Assembly (NCBI GenBank): GCA_965215375.1
Contig: CBDCDO010000001.1
Span: forward strand, 893,567 to 957,566
DNA from: Dehalococcoidia bacterium
GTDB lineage: Bacteria > Chloroflexota > Dehalococcoidia > Bin125
Direction: 5' to 3'
Length of the DNA stretch: 64,000 nucleotides
How positions within the stretch are numbered: position 1 is the first letter of the stretch; each line of letters opens with the position of its first letter. Below are positions 44,034 to 53,322 of the stretch, piece by piece. The position numbers were made by a program, and so were the translations under genes. Under the pieces are notes generated by a model. That model did no database searches and had not been told where the DNA came from. It saw only the letters and a program-made list of their open reading frames with translations.

Positions 44034-46648
44034 TCCTCCTGTGTTCGAGCGGCTACTGTCCGACCGTGCAGATGCCTCGGCAGCAGGTGCTCTGGATAGG
44101 CAGTGCCGACCAGGCCCTTCGCCACCAGCTCCGCCAGCTCAGCCTCCGAATAGCCGAGCAGGTCGCGATAGATCTCCTCATTATGTTCACCCAGCTTGGC
44201 CGGCGGCGTCCGCAGCTGGTTCGGCGTCCGACCCATCGAGAAACTCAGTCCCGGATATCGATGCGTGCCGACATCGTCCATCGTCAGCGGCTCAAAGAAC
44301 CCGACCTCTCGCAAATGCCGATCCGACAATGCGTCAAACGGATCATTGAGCGGCGCCGCGCAAATCCCGGCCGCCTGCAACTTGTGGAACAGATCCTCCT
44401 TGTTCCACACCCGCGTCTCTTGAGCAATCAACTCGTCAAGCACGACCGCATTCTGCCTCCGAGACTCCGCGTGCGAGAACCGCGTGTCGAGCGGCGCATG
44501 CGCTAACTCCGACTGCACCGATGCCTCACCAGGACCCGCCGCTAGCGCGTCGCACAACGTCACAAACTCAGCGTCAGAGCTGATATCGATTGCAATCCAC
44601 TGGTCCTCACCCCGACACGGATACACACCATACGGTGCGTGATACTTGTGACTGTTCCCCTGCGACGGCGGATTCACACCATTCATCGAGTACTCAAACA
44701 AGTACTCAGCGAGCGTCGGGATGAACCCCTCGTTCAGTGGCATTTCGATCAGCTGACCCTCACCCGTCCGCTCGCGATGACGCAATGCCATCATCACCGC
44801 TACCGCTCCTTGCACTCCCGACATACCATCGCTCGCGAGCGTCTCGCCAATCCCTTCAGGACTGCGATCAGGATATCCACGCAAATGCGTATGGCCGACC
44901 ATCGCCTCGACATGCAAGCCAAACGCCCGATACGACGAGTACGGACCTTCAAGCCCAAACGCCGGCATCCGTAACATAATCAATCGCGGATTCACCGCTC
45001 GTAACTCATCCCAACCGATGCCCGCCTTGTCGATCGTCGTCGGAACATTGTTCTCGACCAGGACATCGCACTGTTCAATCAAGCGGAAGAACGCCGCTTT
45101 CCCCTCCGGCGACATGATGTCGCAAGTCATCGATCGCTTATTCCGCGCATGAGAGTTAAACGACGCAGACCGATTCCACGGATCATCACCCAGCTCCGAG
45201 TCGGGATACTGCGGCTGCACTCCAATCGCCGCGCCGCGATCCATCGTCTCCTTGCTCTGAGCGTTCTCAACCCCCCGTGTATACGGCTGAATCCGATTGA
45301 CCGGCTCCACATTGACCACATCAGCGCCCCACTCGCCCAAGAGCTGCGCCACATGCGGACCCGCCCAGACCACCGTCACCGCCGCGACTCGAAGGCCCTC
45401 AAGTGGCAAATGCAGCGCACTCATCGGACCGTCAGGCAGCGGATGACGCAGATCCTCTATCGGATCAGGCGGCGTGAAGTCAAGCACGACGCGTGAATGC
45501 TCACCCAGTCGAGGCGAACGCTTCGGTCGCGGCGGCTGCGACTCACTCATTCGGAACGGGAACCCCGGATACGGCAGAGCCGTCCCATGCCAATGCGCAA
45601 TCTGATGCCACCAGTCGCGAGCCGCGAGCTGCGGATCATCCAGCACATCAGCGACTGTCATCACGGCGCCCGCAAGCAACCGGTTCGACTGAGCCTCCGC
45701 CACCGCGTCGATTTTGTTCATCCCCGACAGGTACGACTCCACGGCCTCATCGACGCGAGCGCCAAACCCCGATCCCGGCCGCGGACCTCGCAGAAAATCC
45801 TCATCCTCGAGCAGATCCTCCCGACCGATCCAGCGCATCATCCGCGGCATCCGCGATCCGGTGCCGACAATGTTCACAAACCCATCGGCGCAGGGATACA
45901 TCCCAAATCCAACCTGCCGACGTCGCGGCTGCGCCCGCCCCGGCGCAATCCCGCTGTACTCAGCCGCGACGAGCTGAATCGTCCGTCGATCCCGACACGC
46001 CACTTGGCATCGATAGATCGAGATGTCAATCCAATCCCCAGCCTGCGCATCGCTCTCTACCCGCTTCAGCGCCAGCAGGATCGCAAACGCCGCCGTCGCT
46101 CCCGCGTGATAGCTCGCATAGTGCCCAGCCAACTTGATCGGCTCACGATCCGCCGCGCCCGTCGCATGCAACGGACCACCGATCGCCTGCATCGTCAACT
46201 CCGAGCCGCGGTAATCCCGATACGGCCCGCTCTGTCCATACGCCGTAATCGAGCACATGATCAGCTTGGCATTGATCGAATGAAGCACACTCCAGCCCCA
46301 GCCTGCCTCCTGCGCCTCGCCCGGCCTCAGATCCTCAATCACTACATCCACCATCTGAGCCAGCCGACGCACCGTCGCCGCGCCATCGTCCGTCTGCGGG
46401 TCGAGCACGATCGACTGCTTGTTCGTGTTCAGGTGCATGAACAGCCCTGACGCCTCAGGATTCTGCTCTCCACCAGGAAACGGACCAAACGTTCGCGACG
46501 GGTCGCCCCCCCGAGGTTCCGCCTTGATCACCCGCGCGCCATAGTCGGCGAGCAGCTTCGTCGCATAGGGACCCGCGACCACGGTGGTCAAGTCCAGAAC
46601 CGTGATGCCTTCCAGCGGACCAGCCATGTGCGCTCCCGTTGCCGTCAA
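44030..46648 (-). CDS. tandem-fused family III CoA-transferase (two CaiB/BaiF-like modules, 872 aa)
   Basis: Both halves start with the family signature: GITVLDLTTVVAGPYATKLLADYGARVIKAEP, and again LRVAAVTVVWAGPHVAQLLGEWGADVVNVEP. Confidence 0.8.
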   Translation of the reverse strand: MTATGAHMAGPLEGITVLDLTTVVAGPYATKLLADYGARVIKAEPRGGDPSRTFGPFPGGEQNPEASGLFMHLNTNKQSIVLDPQTDDGAATVRRLAQMVDVVIEDLRPGEAQEAGWGWSVLHSINAKLIMCSITAYGQSGPYRDYRGSELTMQAIGGPLHATGAADREPIKLAGHYASYHAGATAAFAILLALKRVESDAQAGDWIDISIYRCQVACRDRRTIQLVAAEYSGIAPGRAQPRRRQVGFGMYPCADGFVNIVGTGSRMPRMMRWIGREDLLEDEDFLRGPRPGSGFGARVDEAVESYLSGMNKIDAVAEAQSNRLLAGAVMTVADVLDDPQLAARDWWHQIAHWHGTALPYPGFPFRMSESQPPRPKRSPRLGEHSRVVLDFTPPDPIEDLRHPLPDGPMSALHLPLEGLRVAAVTVVWAGPHVAQLLGEWGADVVNVEPVNRIQPYTRGVENAQSKETMDRGAAIGVQPQYPDSELGDDPWNRSASFNSHARNKRSMTCDIMSPEGKAAFFRLIEQCDVLVENNVPTTIDKAGIGWDELRAVNPRLIMLRMPAFGLEGPYSSYRAFGLHVEAMVGHTHLRGYPDRSPEGIGETLASDGMSGVQGAVAVMMALRHRERTGEGQLIEMPLNEGFIPTLAEYLFEYSMNGVNPPSQGNSHKYHAPYGVYPCRGEDQWIAIDISSDAEFVTLCDALAAGPGEASVQSELAHAPLDTRFSHAESRRQNAVVLDELIAQETRVWNKEDLFHKLQAAGICAAPLNDPFDALSDRHLREVGFFEPLTMDDVGTHRYPGLSFSMGRTPNQLRTPPAKLGEHNEEIYRDLLGYSEAELAELVAKGLVGTAYPEHLLPRHLHGRTVAARTQEE

Positions 46649-47497
46649 GTCACCCGTAGGCTAACGGCCCTCGCCGATCTCCCCAAATCCGCACCAAATC
46701 AGCAATCGAGATCGGGCTCAGGGTCTCCTGCGCCACAGTTTCGGTCACAGCCGCCAGAATCCCTTCAAGCCCAATATCGCCGCCCTACAGTGAACGAACG
46801 AAGAGCCACCAAGAGAGAAAGCAACAGTCAAGCCCCCACAAATCGTCCGAGACCAGTTGGAACAAGGAGAGCCACGATGAGACTCACGCCAACGCTTCCA
46901 CACCGACCCGGCTCGCGACGATTGCGGTGAACATTCTTCTAGGCGCCGCCGCCGCCACGTTCCTCGTTGACAAGGCCGAGGCAATCCCACACCTCCCTTC
47001 CGCGGAGGCCACATCGCACTCCTGTGAAGGGTTGCCCAGCATCAACCTCACAACACTTGGGACGGTCGCGCAAGTTTCAATGTCTGGAGTTTGTTGCAAC
47101 CTGCACGTAGCGACCAGAATTGCTCTCGACACCGACAGGGTCAGACGAGCCTTGTCTTTAGTCCCATCAGAAGCAGCTCGGCTTACAGCGGCGACAGGTA
47201 CATCAATAGCGCGTGCTCGGCTCGGCGTCTACGAATCACGCTCGGCGGGCAGATCACATCCGACGTGCGAGGCGTGTGGAGGCACACTGAAGAGTCAGTC
47301 AGCCTGTCAACTATCACCTACCCAACGGTGAGCACGGTGGGATGGCTCACCGCGGGTTCGCCTGTGCGCTCCACAACCTATGGTGTCGCGCCATCGATAG
47401 AAGCCAGCAACTACATTCCGTGGTTAGACAGCTTTGGAGACGAGAGGCTAAACACTAGGTCGCTCGGTGATGTCAACATCAGAGGAGAGTGTTTTCT

Positions 47498-47863
47498 ATG
47501 GGTTGGAACAAACCGACCGACGGAATCATTCGAGGAACGGGAATCACGATGATGAACCGAATCACCGCAATACTGCGCCGCATCGGCCCACGTGACACCT
47601 ACCACCTCGGCACCGGCTTAATCTTGCTCGGTCTGGCGGCGATCACGTTGTCAGGAATGAATCCCTACTTTGCGATCGGCTATTGGCAGTTGCAATTGCA
47701 AGTCGTCTGTGCCGGCGGTCTGCTGATTTTGGCTGGCGCATACACCCTTCCGGCCACGAGTCGCAAATGGCAAGCGGCCAAGCTCCTAATCGCCGCTGCC
47801 GCGATCCATTGGATGTTCATCCTCCCTATTGTCCGATACTGGGACCGCTGGGACAACTTCTAA
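47498..47863 (+). CDS. small 3-TM membrane protein (121 aa), low-GC islet
   Basis: AGGAGAG-8 nt-ATG, then MGWNKPTDG...three hydrophobic helices...YWDRWDNF. Confidence 0.45.
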   Translation: MGWNKPTDGIIRGTGITMMNRITAILRRIGPRDTYHLGTGLILLGLAAITLSGMNPYFAIGYWQLQLQVVCAGGLLILAGAYTLPATSRKWQAAKLLIAAAAIHWMFILPIVRYWDRWDNF

Positions 47864-47889
47864 GCAGCGTATCCAGAAAAGTCTGAACA

Positions 47890-48211
47890 ATGTCAATGCA
47901 GAAATGGATCAGCAATAACATCAGATTCCTGATCGGCGCGTCCGTGACAGGTTTTGGCGCGATCGCCTGGTACAACACCATGTGGTACAAGCTGTCGCCA
48001 GGCTCGGACATTTTACGGAGTGCGGTTTCAAGCATTACTCTGGTTGTGGCCCATGTGCATCGTCGTCATCCTCCTCGGACTCGTCACATTGCCACCTGGC
48101 CGTGGACGAACCACTGCATGGACCTGCTTCGTCGTCTTAGCAATCGGCACCGCAGCACACGCCTGGTTCAATGGCTACAGCTTCGACGACCGACTCCTAT
48201 GGAATTGGTAG
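47890..48211 (+). pseudogene. paralogue of the 47498 membrane protein, apparently frameshifted (frame 1 then frame 2 near 48005-48020)
   Basis: Frame 1 gives MSMQKWISNNIRFLIGASVTGFGAIAWYNTMWYKLSPGSDILRS. Frame 2 continues as FQALLWLWPMCIVVILLGLVTLPP...AHAWFNGYSFDDRLLWNW. The helix pattern mirrors the upstream paralogue; a tttt run sits at the junction. Confidence 0.35.
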
Positions 48212-48236
48212 TCTCCCGGAATCGACCACTGCCACC

Positions 48237-49397
48237 TCACCGCCGAGCACGTGTCTCCATCCCCAATAGCGGTCGGACGCCAGCATCGAAGTTCCACTCC
48301 AGCGCCGCCCCATGCTGCCGCGCGGTCTGCAGATCCCGCCACCGACGCTCCAGTGTCCAGCTACGCCGCGCCGCATTCGTTCCACCAGCGCGAAACAGTC
48401 GTTCAACCGCGTCGACACAGGCATGCACCGCGTGGACATTCGCCAACCGACATCGCCCCAACAGCTTGAGATCGGGCTCGCCCGACTCCACCGATGGCCA
48501 CGCCCTCGTCCATGCCTCCTGGACGAACGCCCGCGCGGACGAAACCTCAGCCTGCGCTCGAGCAAACGCCAACCGAAACGGCTCTCGATCCCGCAGCGCC
48601 GCCGAATCGCCCGTCGTCGACTCCGATGCCGCCCGCGCTAAGTCATCGAGCGCCCCTTGCGCCGTCCCAATCGCGTGCCCGGCATTGGCAATCCAAGCAA
48701 CCAACGAGCGGTCAGGAATCCGCCACTGCGGACCCTCGGCGTAAATCGGACCCAACGCCGCCCACGTATGCGCGTCCTGGACGAACGCACCGTTCAGCTC
48801 CCAATCGTGGCTGCCCGTGCCCCGCAAACCCATCGCGTCCCACGTTGGAATCACCTTCCCCGCACGCTGAGGCAACAGAGCGAAACGGACCTGATGCTCA
48901 AAGTCAACAAACGTCGCCACGACATGCGTCGCATGCTCGACACCGCTGACAAAGTTCAACCGACCCGACAGCCGATACCCCGAGATGTCCGGCTCCGCAG
49001 TCGTCATCACCCGCGACGATCCCACAATCCGACAGCTCGGACCACCCGGCTCCTCGCCACCGATCATCTGGCTCAACACCGAATTCGGCAGATACGCCGC
49101 CAGCAGCGATACCTCCGTCGATATCATCACCACCCACGCCGTCGACGCATCCGCATGAGCCAACGCCTCAATCGCATGAAACACCACCAACGGATGCGCC
49201 TGCTCGCCGTAGCTCCGAGCAGGAATGTTCATCCGAAACAGCCCTCGCTGGGTAATCGCGCGAATCAACTCAGCAGGGACGCTGCCCGATTCTTCAATCT
49301 CCGACGCGCAGGCCCGAATCTCCGATTGCAGCTCACGCGCCGCCGCGACGAGCGGATGCTCCTCATACTCATCAAATGGGTGGCGAGCGGTCGACAT
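48237..49397 (-). CDS. acyl-CoA dehydrogenase-family protein (type 2 / flavin-dependent monooxygenase-like)
   Basis: 386 aa with an ACAD-like three-domain pattern; there is no catalytic-Glu consensus at the C-terminus, so it may be the DszC/SfnB-like group. Confidence 0.65.
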   Translation of the reverse strand: MSTARHPFDEYEEHPLVAAARELQSEIRACASEIEESGSVPAELIRAITQRGLFRMNIPARSYGEQAHPLVVFHAIEALAHADASTAWVVMISTEVSLLAAYLPNSVLSQMIGGEEPGGPSCRIVGSSRVMTTAEPDISGYRLSGRLNFVSGVEHATHVVATFVDFEHQVRFALLPQRAGKVIPTWDAMGLRGTGSHDWELNGAFVQDAHTWAALGPIYAEGPQWRIPDRSLVAWIANAGHAIGTAQGALDDLARAASESTTGDSAALRDREPFRLAFARAQAEVSSARAFVQEAWTRAWPSVESGEPDLKLLGRCRLANVHAVHACVDAVERLFRAGGTNAARRSWTLERRWRDLQTARQHGAALEWNFDAGVRPLLGMETRARR

Positions 49398-49483
49398 GCC
49401 ACAAGGGTAGAGGTGCGGCGTGCACCTCTAGACTGCATCGCAGGACAATCTCCCAGACGGGTTCCACGCGATTGAGGGACAGC

Positions 49484-50737
49484 ATGAACGCCGAACGACC
49501 ACGATCCGCAGACGCCGCCTTGCGCGAACGCGCCCGGCAAGTAATCCCCAACGGCATGTATGGACACCAAAACGCCTCGTACCTGCCCGAGAACTTCCCC
49601 CAGTTCTTCGAACGCGGCGAAGGCGCCCACCTCTGGGACGTCGATGGCAACAGGTACATCGACTACATGTGCGCCTACGGACCAATTCTGCTCGGCTACC
49701 AGCATCCCGCCGTCGATCAGGCCGTCGCCGAGGCACAGGACGCCGGAGACTGCTTCAACGGTCCCTCCGCCAAGATGGTCGAGCTCGCCGAGCTACTCGT
49801 CGAAATCACGCCATGGGCCGACTGGGCCTGGATGGCCAAGAACGGCACCGACGCAACCGTCTTCGCCGCCTCCATCTCACAAACCGCCACCGGCCGACAG
49901 ACCATCCTCCGCGCACACGGCGCCTATCACGGCGCCTCGCCGACCTGGATCACCGCTGGCGACATGGCGCGCCCGGCTGATGGCACGCTCGAGTACGAGT
50001 TCAACGACCTCGCCTCCGTCCAATCAGCAATCGACGCGGCCGACGGCGACGCAGCCGCAATCATCGTCTCCGCCTTCCGCCACGACGTCGGCTACGACCA
50101 AGAGCTGCCCACTCCCGAGTTCGCGCGCGGCCTGCGAGAACTCTGCGATGCCCACGGCATCGTCCTGATCCTCGACGACGTGCGCGGCGGATTCCGCATT
50201 GACATGGCCGGCAGCTGGGCGCCGCTAGGCGTCGATCCCGACCTCAGCGCCTACTGCAAGGCGATCGGCAACGGTCACCCCATCTCAGCCCTCATGGGTC
50301 GAGACAGCCTCAACGAAGCCGTCGCCAAAACCATGGCCACAGGCTCCTACTGGTTCACCAGCGCCCCGATGGCAGCCGCGCAAGCCACGATTGAGACGAT
50401 GTTGGAAACGGACGGTGTTTCCCATCTCGAACGGATCGGCAGCGCCCTCCGAGCCGGCTGGCAGAAAGCCGCCGATGCCCACGACGTCGGCATCCGCCAA
50501 ACCGGTCCCGTTTCAATCCCACTGATGACGTTCGACGGCGACGATATGTCAACTCGCACCGTCCCTCGCGCCTACAAGTTCGCCGCCGAGCTCGCGGAAC
50601 GAGGCGTCTACCTGCACCCAATCCACAACGGATTCCTCTCAACCGCCCTCAGCGACGAAGACATCGCCCACACCCTCGAGGCATCAGAAGAAGCCTTCGC
50701 CGTCATCGCCGCCGAATTCGGAGACCAAACCAGCTAA
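49484..50737 (+). CDS. class III aminotransferase (glutamate-1-semialdehyde aminomutase-like)
   Basis: MNAERPRSADAALRERARQVIPNGMYGH...HLWDVDGNRYIDYMCAYGPILLGYQHP...ILILDDVRGGFR. Confidence 0.8.
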   Translation: MNAERPRSADAALRERARQVIPNGMYGHQNASYLPENFPQFFERGEGAHLWDVDGNRYIDYMCAYGPILLGYQHPAVDQAVAEAQDAGDCFNGPSAKMVELAELLVEITPWADWAWMAKNGTDATVFAASISQTATGRQTILRAHGAYHGASPTWITAGDMARPADGTLEYEFNDLASVQSAIDAADGDAAAIIVSAFRHDVGYDQELPTPEFARGLRELCDAHGIVLILDDVRGGFRIDMAGSWAPLGVDPDLSAYCKAIGNGHPISALMGRDSLNEAVAKTMATGSYWFTSAPMAAAQATIETMLETDGVSHLERIGSALRAGWQKAADAHDVGIRQTGPVSIPLMTFDGDDMSTRTVPRAYKFAAELAERGVYLHPIHNGFLSTALSDEDIAHTLEASEEAFAVIAAEFGDQTS

Positions 50738-50807
50738 CCAACCTCAGCTCCCGAACCATCAAAAGCAATATCGCAAAGACCGCCGCCAGAGTCCCAATCG
50801 GGAAGAG

Positions 50808-50842
50808 CTCCCCCTCTGGGGGAGCTGTCGCGAAGAGACTGA
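50808..50842. repeat. REP-like palindromic unit CTCCCCCTCTGGGGGAGCTGTCGCGAAGAGACTGA
   Basis: Second copy at 63146-63182 (CTCCCCCTCGCAGGGGGAGCTGTCGCGGAGCGACTGA). Confidence 0.5.
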
Positions 50843-51070
50843 AGGGGCCCGCCGGAGCTGCGACCAAAACGACCCCGCCAGAAACACTCCCTCCCGAACC
50901 GCCTACAGCCAGCGGCGAGGGCCTCTCAATCCCACTCCTACCGGTCTCGCACCCGAGCAGGTCCAAGCACGATCCACCAACCCCGTCACTCCCGCACTCC
51001 GCAGCGGGAATGACGGATCATTCAAGACCACCGGACGCAGGGGACTTGAATCTGGTCAAACCGAACATGG

Positions 51071-52567
51071 CTAACTCCCTTGCGAATCCGTCGGACCGCT
51101 TGGCTCTGCGTCCAGCCCGGATTCAGCACCAACCTCAGACAAGGTGTCGTCACGCACCAAAATGAAGCTGGTGAATTGATCCGTCCCAGCACAAACCATC
51201 TGCTCCTCGTCCGACGCCACAGACGGCAACACCCGCCAGCTCAGCTCCGACCGATCCCAGACCGCGATCCGGGACAAGCCATCATCCGACCGACGTCGAT
51301 CAGGCAAGCAAATCACAAACTCCTCGGACAACCGCGCGCGTCGCCCAAGCGCCTCCACCGTGTTCAGATCAGACTCAACCCGCCGCCTGATCAACCACAC
51401 AGAGATATCGATGATGCGCTGAGACCGGACCACCTCATAACGTTGCTCCTCATCACCGACCACAACGTACAAATCACTCGACGCACCGCCGCGGAATCGA
51501 CTGCGATAATCATCAATCGAATGCAACTGCGTCGTAATGTAAACACCACGCTGCAACCGCAACTGATCATCGTCCAACGCATCCCCAAGACCCGACAGAT
51601 CCAACATTCCCGAACCAGAGCAAGGTCTCAGGCTAGGTACTTCCGATCCATGCGTCGGAAACGCCTGCCCAACCGGCTCGAGGACATCCTGCACAGTTCC
51701 CCGACAAAAGCCCGGCGGATCCTGATACACATACGATGTACGCCTCGTCGGCGTCGGCGCTGGACTCGGATTTGTTCCGCCGCTGTCATCCTCGTCATCG
51801 TCATCTTCGTCAGGTTCGCTGCCATCGGTGATCGTAAAGTTGGAACCACTCGTCATACCGTCATACCCACCGCCCGATGCAGCAGTCGTTACTCTCACCG
51901 TCTGGCCGACTAACGCCGCGTCATCCGCCGCCAACAACGTCACCGACTGGAATTGGTTCCAAAGATTGCTGCCGCTTGGATTGAATGTCACACTCGTCGG
52001 CTGCGCTGTGACACCTTCATTGTCCACAGTGACCGACACCGTCACAGTACCGGTCGGCTTCGACACCAGCTTGAAGGAGTGCGTAGCACTGTCACCCACA
52101 ACGATGTTTCCCGATGGCCGCCTGAAATCCATAGCCTTGATTTCATTATCCTCGATGTTCAGCTGATATTGATCATCATCGCCGACAGTGTAACCAGTAC
52201 CTGCGCTCAAGCTGAGGAGTACCGTTTCCCGAAAGTCCTCGAGTACGGGATCGTCAACCAACGTTACCGAGATCGACGCACTCGTAGCGTTCGCCCCGAC
52301 ACTCACCGTGCCACTATTGCTTGTCACTCCGCTAATGGAATAGTCAGTATCCCGAGTCGCCGTCCCCGACAGCGTATAGCCAACGCTCATGGTCCCCGTC
52401 GGCGCCGGGCTCACGTTCAGCGCGATACTGACGCTGCCCAGATCCTCGTAGGCATTCATTGACGACGACGCAAAGGACACCACCGGCGTCGAAGACTGAC
52501 CCTCGGCCACGCGCAGCGGCATCGCCAACAGCACCGCCCCAACAACGAGGCTCGACAAGGCCAACAT
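51071..52567 (-). CDS. secreted protein with two Calx-beta-like domains and a ~250-aa C-terminal domain of unknown function
   Basis: Signal peptide MLALSSLVVGAVLLAMPL, Calx-beta-like segments (VSVGYTLSGTATRDTDYS...VLLSLSAG), an acidic PDEDDDDEDDSGG linker, then an uncharacterised C-terminal domain. The track ORF extends to 52735. Confidence 0.55.
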   Translation of the reverse strand: MLALSSLVVGAVLLAMPLRVAEGQSSTPVVSFASSSMNAYEDLGSVSIALNVSPAPTGTMSVGYTLSGTATRDTDYSISGVTSNSGTVSVGANATSASISVTLVDDPVLEDFRETVLLSLSAGTGYTVGDDDQYQLNIEDNEIKAMDFRRPSGNIVVGDSATHSFKLVSKPTGTVTVSVTVDNEGVTAQPTSVTFNPSGSNLWNQFQSVTLLAADDAALVGQTVRVTTAASGGGYDGMTSGSNFTITDGSEPDEDDDDEDDSGGTNPSPAPTPTRRTSYVYQDPPGFCRGTVQDVLEPVGQAFPTHGSEVPSLRPCSGSGMLDLSGLGDALDDDQLRLQRGVYITTQLHSIDDYRSRFRGGASSDLYVVVGDEEQRYEVVRSQRIIDISVWLIRRRVESDLNTVEALGRRARLSEEFVICLPDRRRSDDGLSRIAVWDRSELSWRVLPSVASDEEQMVCAGTDQFTSFILVRDDTLSEVGAESGLDAEPSGPTDSQGS

Positions 52568-52848
52568 CGCACGCAATCGGCGCGGTCCGCCGCCACCGAC
52601 CCTCGTGCCACTATGGCCCAACGTCGTTCCCGTCCCATGCTCGGGACTCCGCACCCGCCGCGCTGTTATGTCACGCCACCGTGAGCCAATCCGCCTGCCG
52701 ATACCCGCTGCGGAGTGATGCCGCCAAATGTCCATATCACCGTCCTCACGCGTGTGAACTCATGTCGGTTGGATCGCAGTCGCCACTGCGTCGAAACATG
52801 TATAACCACAAGTGCAGCTAAGCGCTAACGAGAACAGGGGGTGATCTC

Positions 52849-52868
52849 GATAGCAAACGATTGCTATC
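52849..52868. promoter_or_regulatory. perfect 8-4-8 palindrome GATAGCAA-ACGA-TTGCTATC in an A-rich low-GC intergenic region (candidate operator)
   Basis: Lies ~115-280 nt upstream of the Calx-beta gene start candidates on the minus strand. Confidence 0.3.
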
Positions 52869-53119
52869 AAAAACGCCAAAAGTGCGCTACAAAGAACGTG
52901 CGCAACAGTACAACACCAACCATTCGAGAAAGGGAACAGAGATTCTCGACCACCAAGACCCAAAATCCACCCAAATCCCCCAACCCACCCAGCCGAGACG
53001 CCAAAGAAACTCAACCCCAGAGTGCACCCAGCCCTCGCCAAAACACGAGAAAAATACCCACTGAGACTGTCTCAAAAGTCCCGTGGGTCTTCAGATGTTC
53101 CTCAAGCACGGCCAGGCAA

Positions 53120-53290
53120 TGCTCAAGGACCGTCATTCCCGCCCTCATGATCCCCGTCCCCGCCCCTGAGCGGGGACCCGCTCGGGCCCCAAACACAACA
53201 AGAGGCGGGGTCGAGAGACCCCGCCTCTGTTGTCCTCTTGGGGCTTCTCCCCCTCCCCATTCTGATCCCCTCTCCCCGAGGGAGAGGGTT
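53120..53290. repeat. composite REP-like repeat block (GTCATTCCCGC unit, CCGTCCCCGC...GCGGGGACCCGCT hairpin, CATTCTGATCCCCTCTCCC...GGGAGAGGG unit)
   Basis: Each sub-unit recurs elsewhere in the window (21722-21745, 41375-41400, 32196-32245, 62071-62098). Confidence 0.55.
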
Positions 53291-53322
53291 AGGGTGAGGG
53301 CCCTCCGGAGATGACAGTCCAA

